From the NCBI GenBank assembly GCA_951406725.2, contig OX597824.1, positions 82,026,001-82,090,000 of the forward strand: 64,000 nt of DNA, written 5' to 3'. Origin of the DNA: Octopus vulgaris (taxonomy: Eukaryota). The notes below the pieces were generated by a model that did no database searches, was not told where the DNA came from, and saw only the letters and a program-made list of their open reading frames with translations. The first letter of the stretch is position 1; each line of letters opens with the position of its first letter. The translations under genes were made by a program, and so were the position numbers. Positions 54,850 to 64,000 of this stretch are shown one piece after another.

Positions 54850-54852
<3 letters not shown>
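54788..54852 (+). mobile_element. 65-bp 3' tail of the same CR1-group LINE
   Basis: TGGTGCTATTAAGTTAGACATGGCCTGGGCCAATA is identical to about 54206-54240; tail (TATCAAAG)2. Confidence 0.85.
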
Positions 54853-54941
<89 letters not shown>

Positions 54942-55108
54942 TGTTGCCGCTGCTGCTGTTGTTTTTGTTCTACATCTTTGCATCCTCGCTTGAGCAGACC
55001 TATGATTCAAGGCATCCCCTCTTTGATCATGCTGTTTTGTATCGACATTGTCGTCGTCGTCGCCGTTGTTGTTTAACCCCAGGTCAGCTTTGTCTAAGGA
55101 GACCTATG

Positions 55109-55143
<35 letters not shown>

Positions 55144-56054
55144 CAAATTCAAATAAACATACAATTCAAATAAACGGATATAAAACGAAGACAACAACAA
55201 CAAACAACGAACATACGAAGGTGCACAACAAGTATATTAGCTTGGCGCACGGTGAAAAGAGAGAGTTTAATGTTTGGAGTATAGCTCTTCGTCAGAAAGA
55301 CGAAAAGGAAAATCTGAAAGAAAGGAGGAGAAGAAGAACTCGCCAACGTACATATATATGCAAATTCACTGCGGCTACCGTGGAGAAAATATTTTCTCTT
55401 CATGTAATAGGAGTAAAAACACCATATTTGTCAAGTGCTGCACCGTGTCGAATTCCGAGACGTGTTTCTAGATCTTTAGCCATGATCAATGAGAAATATC
55501 AAAGGGAGGTAAATCTGAGTATATTAAAGCTGTAGATGAAACGTGGGATAATATGTCTCAAATTTAACCTTAGTTTAGAAGTAATGTAACCTTAACTTTA
55601 AACCGATGAATGAAATGCGAGATGACGTAACTCTAATTTAGGCAATTCATAGAACGCTTGATGGCATATTGAGTAACCTTCCTCCATTTAAGCTTTAGAA
55701 TGGTAGAAAGACCACAAGGTGATCTAGACATTATTTTACTTTAGATTAGTGAACGATACCTGGGGTACTTTGGTTCAGTTTTGGCCTTGAATGTTTTGTG
55801 ATACACGGGATAATATTAGCTTAGCTGAGCATTCATAGAGCGACGGAACACAGAATCTGAATCGCATCACTGGTGGTTATGCTGGTGTTAGTGGTGGTAG
55901 TAGCGGTGATGGTGGTGGAGCCAGTGACGGCGGAAATGATAGTACGGGTGGTGGAGGTGGTGGGGTTTTGGAGGCACCCACAGTGGCGATGATAGTAGGG
56001 GTGGTGGTGGGGGTTGGGGTAGAGACCGTCTCTGCTCATTACTAATATCCTTTC

Positions 56055-56270
56055 TACAATACGCACGAGGCCTGAAACTTCGAGGGGCGGAGACAGGCCT
56101 AAAAGATACCCCCTTCCCCCGGTGTCCAACTGGTACTTCCTTTATCGACTCCCGAAAGGCTGAAAAGTAAAGACGACATCAGCGTAATTTGAACTCGGAA
56201 CGTAACGACGGTCAAAATGCCGCAAAGCATTTCGTCCGGGTCGCTAACAATTTTGCTAGCTCGCTGCCTT
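56055..56270 (-). mobile_element. SINE family B, diverged
   Basis: Reverse-complement match. Confidence 0.7.
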
Positions 56271-56489
56271 TGACTATTTTTAAGTATTGGATATGTTCAA
56301 ATGCCACCGTATTTGACTTTGCTGTTTATCCAGATCGGAAAATCCACAATTACGAAAGAGGAAATAGTCAAGTGCTGGAGACGATTAAAGTGGCTTTCCT
56401 CGCCATTCTTACTAAAAGATAAAACGTTTCCTTGCTGTGTGTTTATACAAGAAATCAAATTTACATTTCTTAATGCGCAATTGTCTAAC

Positions 56490-57330
56490 ACCGTGGTGGT
56501 GGTGATAGTGTTGGTGATGGTGCTGGTGCTGGTGGTGAGTGCGATAGCGGTGATAGTGGTCATGTTGGCGGTGGTGTTGCAATGTGAGGTTGTGATGGTG
56601 GTGGTGGTGGTAGTGGTGGTAGTGGGGTGATAGTGGTGGTGGTGTCGGTGGTGCTGCTGCTTCTGGTGGTGGTAGTGATGGTGGTGGTGGTAGTGGTGGT
56701 AGTGGGGTGATAGTGGTGGTGGTGTCGGTGGTGCTGCTTCTGGTGGCGGTAGTGGTGGTTGTGGTAGTGGTGAGGTGGTGGTGGTAGTGGTGAGGTGATG
56801 GTGCTTGTAGTGGTGGTGGTATCGGTAGTGGTGCGTCTTGTCGTGGTGGTGGTGGTGTTAGTGGTGGTGCTTCTGGTAGTGGTGGTGGCAGTGGTGGAGT
56901 GGTAGTGTGGTGTCGTGGTGGTGGTGGTGTTAGTGGTGGTGCTTCTGGTAGTGGTGGTGGTGGTGGTGGTGGTGGTTGCCATGGTGATGGTTGTCATGGG
57001 GGTGGTGGTGGTGGTGGTGGTGGTGTCGGTGATGTTAGCGGTGGTTGTGGTGGAGCAGTATCGATGGCGTCTGTATGGTCGTGGTGGGATAGTCACGGTG
57101 GGGATGGTGGGGTGGAGGGAGGCTGATCATTGTCGTGGTAGATGGCAAGATGTGTGACAGTGGTGGTGAAAGAGTGGATGCCGATGGTTGTAATACTGTT
57201 GCTGCTGGTATCGCTGCTGCTTCTTGTGGTGGTGGTGGTGGTGGTTTTGGTGGTGGTAGTGGTGGTGGTGGTCGGCATGGTGGTGGTGCCGATGGTGGTG
57301 GTGGTGACGGTGATAGCGCTATTGATGGTG
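56490..57330. repeat. (GGT)n-rich low-complexity tract
   Basis: Direct inspection. Confidence 0.9.
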
Positions 57331-57652
57331 CTGTCATCCCTGAATAAACGACAGACTGGGCGTTTTCCTTCAGCTACATTTAGGTCGCAATTTCAAAAAT
57401 ATTCCATAAGTTCTTTCTTTTGGCACGATGCCACTAATTTCGAGGATGAGTTACAGTCGATTATATCAGGCTCCGCTTTTGCAAGACATTTCATTTCACC
57501 AAAACCTCAAGGGAAATATATACCCATCCTCAGTCTCAGCAGAATTCGAAATCAGAAGTTAAAGGATCACATCAAAATATTTCTAGGGAATTTCGCCGCT
57601 ATTTTACCGATCCGTAAATAACTGGGAAGACGGGCTTAGACGAGTACATTGA

Positions 57653-57703
<51 letters not shown>

Positions 57704-57744
57704 GTGGTGGTGGTAGTAGTAGTGATGGTGGTGGTGGTGGTGGT

Positions 57745-57940
57745 GGTGAGCTGGCAGAATCGTTCACACACCGAGCGAACTGCTTAGCGGTTCTTCGTCT
57801 GCCGCTACGTTCTGAGTTCAAATTCCACCGAGGTCAACTTTGCCTTTCATCCTTTCGAGATCGATGAAATAAGTATCAGTTAAATACTGGGGTTGATGTA
57901 ATCGACTCATCTCCTCCCACAAAATTGCTGCCCATGTGGC
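57745..57940 (+). mobile_element. SINE family B, alternative tail
   Basis: Head, B-box and core present. Confidence 0.8.
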
Positions 57941-57945
57941 AATTA

Positions 57946-58007
<62 letters not shown>

Positions 58008-58018
58008 AATAATATTAT

Positions 58019-58557
58019 TGAGTGAGACAGCAGTCCATGCCATCAAAGTGACACTGGGGTACAACTATGCGAAGCCCAGTATACTCATCATGACTCCCTA
58101 TCTGATAAGGGTACACCAGCAACGCATCACAACAATATATGTGTTACATGGTGATCTCGTATCAAGATGAACAGCGCATAACATTGCAGGGGGCCAGTCA
58201 GAATTTTCTTCAGGTCGAGTAGCCTATCCCGCTGAGAAGGTCCTTGAATAAGGGTGGTTTAAGAATGGTGAAAAAAACACCCATGTTTCCAAAGGTGAAT
58301 TATCCAAACCCTAAAGAATTCTTCAACGCACATGACTCTGAGCTCTCCCACTACTTCTGCTCGTGATCAGGGATGCACATATCGTCAGCCACTAAGGAAC
58401 ATGCTCAAATGGTTATAGTCAAACAAATGACAAGCAAGTTTGTGGTATTAAGCAGAATATTTGCTGTAGCCCATCTTTTATACCAAAACAAAACAATGTA
58501 CATGATAACACTTCCAGTCAGTTAAGATCAGAAGCCACGAGAGCCACTGCCTGGTAC
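58019..58557. mobile_element. Non-coding about 540-bp element in (TTA)n, copy 1
   Basis: Colinear with 58573-59115; (TTA)n on both sides. Confidence 0.8.
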
Positions 58558-58572
58558 TTATTATTATTATTA

Positions 58573-59115
58573 TGTGTGAGAGCGCAGTTCATGCCATCAA
58601 AGTGACACTGGGGTAAAATATACGAAGCCCAATATACCCATCATGACCACCCGTCTGATAAAGGTACACCAGGCACATGCATCACAACCATATGTGCGCG
58701 ACATGGTGATCTCATATCAAGATAAACAGCACATGACCTTGCAGGTGGGGCCCAGTTAGAATTTTCTTCAGGTTGAGTAGCCCATCCGCTCAAACGGTCC
58801 CTGAATAAGGGTTGTTTAAGAATGTTGAAAGAACCACCCATGTTTCCAGAGGTGAACTATTCAAACCCCAAAGAATCCCTCTCAACACATGGCTATGATG
58901 CTCCCCCACTACTTCTGCTCGTGATCAAGGATGCACATCTCGTCAGCCACTAAGGGACATGCTCAACTGGTTAAGGTCAAACAAATGACAAGCAAGTTTG
59001 TGGATTTGAGCAGAATATTTACTGTAGCCCATCTTTTATACCAAGACAAAACAATGTACATGATAACACTTCCAGTCAGTTAAGATCAGAAGCCACGAGA
59101 GCCATTGCCTGGTAC
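58573..59115. mobile_element. Non-coding about 540-bp element in (TTA)n, copy 2
   Basis: Same ends as copy 1 (TG.GTGAGA.. to CCTGGTAC). Confidence 0.8.
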
Positions 59116-59159
<44 letters not shown>

Positions 59160-59261
59160 GATATTATTATTGCCACTGGGCGCATTTACTCAATATACAG
59201 AGGAACCAAAACAATATCTAACATGAATTATTTAAAGATTTTAAAGTCACATTCAATAATT

Positions 59262-59646
59262 GGGAAGCACTCCGTCGGTTATGACGACGAGGGTTCCGGT
59301 TGATCCGATCAACGGAACAGCCTGCTCGTGAAATTAACGTGTAAGTGGCTGAGCACTCCACAGACACGTGTACCCTTAACGTTAGTTCTCGGGGATATTC
59401 AGCGTGACACAGAGAGTGACAAGGCCGGCCCTTTGAAATACAGGTACAACAGAAACAGGAAGTAAGAGTGAGAGAAAGTTGTGGTGAAAGAGTACAGCAG
59501 GGATCACCACCATCCCCTGCCGGAGGCTCGTGGAGCTTTAGGTGTTTTTGCTCAATAAACACTCACAACGCCCGGTCTGGGAATCGAAACCGCGATCCTA
59601 TGATCGCGAGTCCGCTGCCCTAACCACTGGGCCATTGTGCCTCCAC
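59262..59646 (-). mobile_element. SINE head C + tail E, full length
   Basis: 14-bp TSD CACATTCAATAATT at 59248-59261 and 59644-59657. Confidence 0.92.
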
Positions 59647-59899
59647 ATTCAATAATTACGTATTACACGAATAATCCTACATACGTAAGTAAATATTCGA
59701 TAATATAAGAAAATAAGAAAAAAAACAGTCAAGAGCTGACCAAGAGGTACACGGTCCAAAATCCATTAGTTATTGGAACCTATAACCCGGGTGCAACTAA
59801 AATTGCCCGTGCGCAATATTATGCAGTTGAGGGGGGCGATCAAACACATCAAATGACCCTTGGGAATACCTATTTTATGGCATGATAAAGCACGAGTGT

Positions 59900-60190
59900 A
59901 AAATACTTACTAATACATTCTGTACCGAGTTTAGGCATCACGTGACACAGCAATGACGTCATCGACTCAAGTTACAAGAAAAACTTTGTATGTGTGAAGT
60001 CTGTGGCGAAATAGACAGACAGTTAGTCAGCTAGAATGTTAAGTATAATTAGTCAGTGTTAGTCATATACAGCATTAATTTGTATTAGTTAGTGAGACAG
60101 ACTGCTAGTTAGTTTTTAATTAAAGAACAGGCGGTGTTTTGATTGAAACTCAACATTACCCTTGGGAGATAACTAGGATGCTATTGAGAA
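59900..60190. repeat. Unclassified dispersed repeat related to 62653-62910
   Basis: Shared ATCACGTGAC...CAATGACGTCATC...CAAGTTACAAGAAAA and TTAGTCA-rich blocks. Confidence 0.6.
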
Positions 60191-60559
60191 ATAACATCAT
60201 AGGTATATACGTATAACTCTAATATTTAAAGGGTTTCCTTGACTCTTTTATGCTTGCTGCACTCACACACATACATAATATATATATACATATGCATATA
60301 TCTATCAATATGTATATATATGTACATATATGTTTATATATATATATATATATATGTATATAAGAGGGATGACCATAACGTGGACAACCCTTATGCTAGA
60401 TGTAGATCCGCTATGGTCTTACCACTAAGAAATGTTCTCAAGAAAATTCAGCAAACGTCAGAACGTAATCGAACAAGACAAATTAGATATAATAAAAATA
60501 TAGATTAATTATGGACATGTTTCGCTATTAACATTTTTAACTTTACTTATATATATATA

Positions 60560-60740
60560 TATTTTTTTTCCCTCTATCTTCCCTTCTCGGGATCTCTCCT
60601 TCTCTTTTGTTTCCGACGAAGAGCTCCGCTCGAAACGTTAAACCCTCCTTCCCTTCTTTCCTGAGCGTCAAATAATACTTTAATTGTTCCACGTCCTCGC
60701 GTTGCTGTTTTTTTTTCTGTGTTTTCTTGTTTGGATTAAC
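60560..60740 (+). mobile_element. H1 hammerhead-bearing unit (motif 60609-60643, U4C variant)
   Basis: GUUU-CCGACGA-A-GAGC(UCC)GCUC-GAAACGUU/AAAC; (TA)n on both sides. Confidence 0.75.
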
Positions 60741-60742
60741 TA

Positions 60743-60778
<36 letters not shown>

Positions 60779-60809
60779 TGTATGTATGTATGTATGTATG
60801 TATGTATAT

Positions 60810-61050
60810 ACTGTGGGGAGAATCATTCTCTTTTGGCGCCTTGTACTTTAACACACTCACCGGTAAAATTTCCACTTATTTCTTTTTTATTTTTCTAAAA
60901 TGTTCGTTGCGTCTTGCAACCTTTTCAATAATTTTGATTTTTAAATTATAAGGCACCAAAAGAGAATGACTCTCTCCCGACACAACAGAATATGCTTCAA
61001 CACACGAACTCATATAAAGAATCTTGCAAACCAAATCCCCAAACGAAATA
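60810..61050. mobile_element. Penelope-type terminal family with internal inversion; related to 18040-18208
   Basis: GGGAGAATCATTCTCTTTTGGCGCCTT inverted to AAGGCACCAAAAGAGAATGACTCTC; hairpin GTTGC(AAGAC)GCAAC-GAA. Confidence 0.55.
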
Positions 61051-61056
61051 TATATA

Positions 61057-61097
<41 letters not shown>

Positions 61098-61610
61098 ATA
61101 TCACCGCTATAACCGAGTCCTGCAATCATTATTGACATTGCTGTATGCCGGTTCACAAAAAATACCGGAGGCGGGGTAGGGGGGGTCGATGTAATCGACT
61201 TCCAGTCAGTCTTGAAATTGCTGGCCTTGTGCCAAAATTTGAAACAACTGTTAATTCGGCGGCAAGCTGATAGCATCGTTTGCAAGCTGGACTAAATATT
61301 TGTGGTGTTTAATCCGGCTTTACGTTCCGAGTACAAATGCGTCGGGGTCGACTTTACTTTTTATCCTTTCGTGGTCGATAAAATAAATAAGCAGTTGAGC
61401 ACCGGAGTCGATGTAATCGACTTACCCGCTCCCCCTGGCTTGTTGATTTTTTCTTCCAAACCCGAAATCAATTTTGTGCAATAGGCCCGAAATTTTGGAG
61501 GGAGGGTACTAGTAGTTAATTTAGTTCTATATTTAAGAGATGAAGAATTATTTGCATTATTCACATTACTTACATTTGACGGATATTTGTCCTCATATTG
61601 TTTGTTGTTA

Positions 61611-61652
61611 ACACAACGTTTCGGCTGATATACCCTCCAGCCTTCATCAGGT
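61611..61652 (-). ncRNA. Minimal type I hammerhead, minus arm
   Basis: AC-CUGAUGA-A-GGCUG(GAGGGUAUAU)CAGCC-GAAACGUU/GUGU; stem I is shortened. Confidence 0.68.
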
Positions 61653-61668
61653 TCGATATTTCCCCAAT

Positions 61669-61712
61669 ACATCTGATGAAGGCTGGAAGGTGTATCAGCC
61701 GAAACGTTGTGT
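61669..61712 (+). ncRNA. Minimal type I hammerhead, plus arm
   Basis: ACAU-CUGAUGA-A-GGCUG(GAAGGUGUAU)CAGCC-GAAACGUU/GUGU. Confidence 0.78.
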
Positions 61713-62085
61713 TGACAACAAACAAGATGAGGACAAATATCCGTCAAATGTAAATAATGTAAATAATGGTACTTAATTTATCGACCTCGAAAGTCGACCT
61801 CGGCGGAATTTGGACTCAGAATGTAAAGACAGAGGAAATACCGCTTAGCATTTCGCTCGGCGTGCTAACGTTTCTTATTCCTTTACTGCCCACAAGGGAC
61901 CTACATACAGAGGGAATAAACAAGGACAGACAAACGTTTCTGCCAGCTCGCAGCTTTCGATTCCGTGCAATATTTACACAAGACTAGAATTTTGATCTGA
62001 GGCTGTAAAGAACCGTAAATAATACCAACTGGCTGTTTGACAGACTTTCTGACTATGCACAACCAAGAGATTTCAAAAATTAATA

Positions 62086-62650
62086 TTGGGTTGTCCAGAA
62101 AGTTCGTGCCGATTTTTAAAGGAAAGAAAATGGTCAATAAATACTTGCCATTACATTTTTAATCAACCAAATATGAACCATTTTGTTGCACAATGCGTCT
62201 CCATCTTTCCTTTAACTTGAAAATACCCTCTTCCCAGAATTGAGGTGGTTTCATGGCAAAGAATTCATCAAGGTATCTTTTTACGTCATCCAAGGAATTG
62301 AAATTTTTACCATTAAGACTATTCTGCAGAGACCTGAATGAATAGAAATCCGAAGCAGCAATATCTGGTGAATATGAGGGTGGGGTAACACATCCCATCC
62401 GAGCCGCAGCAATTTTTGTCTGGTTCCCAAAGCATCAAGTGCCGAAAATGAACTTTCTTATCTTCCATTTTAAAGGGTTACAGAATTAACACAGGTTATA
62501 GGAACATAAACCTTCTTCCACGAAAAGACAGCTTAAACTCTGCTCTAAATGGATGTGTTGTCAAATCCTATTTTATGGACTCAACCATGTTCTAAAATAA
62601 GTCGAAAGGTAAGCTACTAGAAATCGGCACGAACTTTCCGGACAACCCAA
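62086..62650 (-). mobile_element. Non-autonomous internally deleted mariner element (565 bp)
   Basis: TIRs TTGGGTTGTCCAGAAAGTTCGTGCCGATTT / AAATCGGCACGAACTTTCCGGACAACCCAA, TA TSD, YSPDIAASD motif. Confidence 0.94.
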
Positions 62651-63032
62651 TAAGTACTTACTAAAACCGTGCTCAGTTTTGGTATCACGTGACGAAACAA
62701 TGACGTCATCCATAAACAAGTTACAAGAAAACATCAAGTGTTGTTTGTGATAAACATACCATTAGTCAATTAGGAAGTTTTAATATATTGTGTCACCATT
62801 AGTCATAATTAGTATTAGATTATATTAGTTTCCACTTATTAGTCTGCTAGTTAAGAAGAAAAAAAAACACGGGATGCTTGATTCAAACGCATTATACCTT
62901 CGCAATGGTAATTTACTGGGACATAGATTTCTTTTAAATGTTTAAACTCTGTTTCGCAATGCCTTATGGAAAATAAGTTGCGGCATTTGAACCCAGCAGG
63001 CGATCTTACTATTTTTCACCTTCTTCAGTATT

Positions 63033-63630
63033 ATTCTTTTACTTATTTCAGTCATTTGATTGTGGCCATGCGGGAGCACCGCCTTTAGTCGAGCAAATCG
63101 GTCCCAGCACTTATTTTCTAGAAGCCTAGTACTTATTCTATCGGTCTCTTTTTGCCGAACCGCTAAGTTTCTAGGAACATAAACCTTCTTCCACGAAAGG
63201 ACAGCTTAAACTCTGCTCTAAATGGAGGTGTAGTCAAATCCTATTTTATGGACTCAACCATGTTCTAAAATAAGTCGAAAGGTAAGCTACTAGAAATCGG
63301 CACGAACTTTCTGGACAACCCAATAAGTACTTACTAAAACCGTGCTCAGTTTTGGTATTACGGGGACGTAAACAAACCACCATCGGTTGTCAAGCGATGT
63401 AGGGGAGGGACAAACACAAACACACAAACAGACACACACATACATATATATATATATACATACACACGACGGTCTTCTTTCAGTTTCCGTCTACCAAATC
63501 CACTCACAAGGCATTGGTCGGCCCGAAGCTATAGTAGAAGACACTTCCACAAGGAGCCACACAGTGGGACTGAACCCGGAACCATGTGGTTCATAAGTAA
63601 GCTACTTACCACATAGCCACTCCTACGCCT
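63033..63630 (-). mobile_element. SINE family A interrupted by an about 189-bp insertion (63170-63358)
   Basis: The SINE sequence CGCTAAGTT|ACGGGGACG is split by a copy of 62499-62685. Confidence 0.88.
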
Positions 63631-63859
63631 AACAAATTCGTATTAGTATTAGGAATACATTCACGGCAACGATCTGACAGAATCTTCCTGGGAAATTGCT
63701 TAGCAGCATATCGCCCATCTTCTCGCTCCCAGTTCAAATTCCGTCGAGTAAAACCGATCTTCATTCCAAACACACTGTTGGAATTATTTCTGTTATTTGG
63801 TGAACCGATACGCAGCAATGTTAATAATGATAGCAGGACTCGGCTATCGCGGTGAGATA

Positions 63860-64000
63860 CAGTAATTCCACGACTATCGTGGGTGTTACCTTCCAAAACA
63901 CGTCGCGATAGGTGAAAATCCGCCAAGTAGAAACATTACTGCACTGTGTATTTATTTTATTATAAATGCAAAACACCACAAACCGTGATAGGTGAACCTC
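63860..64000. mobile_element. Tigger/pogo-like MITE running off the window end
   Basis: TA-CAGTAATTCCACGACTATCG; contains CGCGATAGGTGAA and CGTGATAGGTGAAC, the reverse complement of the 14-bp satellite unit at 9.7-10 kb. Confidence 0.7.

Larger units (their letters stand above)
61555..61768. repeat. Palindromic insertion (about 95-bp arms, 22-bp spacer) carrying two outward-facing hammerheads
   Basis: 61555-61650 is nearly the reverse complement of 61673-61768; it interrupts a minus-strand family B SINE. Confidence 0.9.

Noticed and set aside
59570-59646. tRNA-Arg-like gene (also at 43070-43145, 44779-44850 and 31153-31225)
   Set aside because: These are SINE heads continuing into repeat bodies, with TSDs where checked; no proper acceptor stem or terminator

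Overview
AT-rich, extremely microsatellite-dense eukaryotic non-coding DNA (intergenic or deep intron). The repeat complement (several tRNA-derived SINE families, (TA)n/(GATA)n/(TACA)n/(GGT)n tracts) looks like an octopod cephalopod genome; this is my inference and was not checked by a search. I recognise no host protein-coding gene: nearly all ORFs in the track are microsatellite translations or SINE read-through. The real coding remnants are all transposon-derived: mariner and Tigger/pogo transposases, Penelope-like GIY-YIG domains, an R4/Dong-type zinc knuckle plus restriction-like endonuclease, and RTE, CR1-group and L1/Tx1 LINE pieces. The most notable hidden structure is about 14 minimal type I hammerhead ribozyme motifs (intact, variant or relic) from at least 6 sequence families, on both strands. 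They include a fully canonical one downstream of a GIY-YIG remnant, recurrent non-canonical cores, and an outward-facing pair inside a palindrome. Other notable items: SINE multimers in a fixed 184-bp register under a single TSD, a non-coding 540-bp element embedded in (TAA)n like the nearby Dong LINE, a satellite grown from a Tigger subterminal motif, a solo LTR with a perfect 5-bp TSD, and a locally templated insertion. Coordinates and identities were read by eye and may be off by a few bases.
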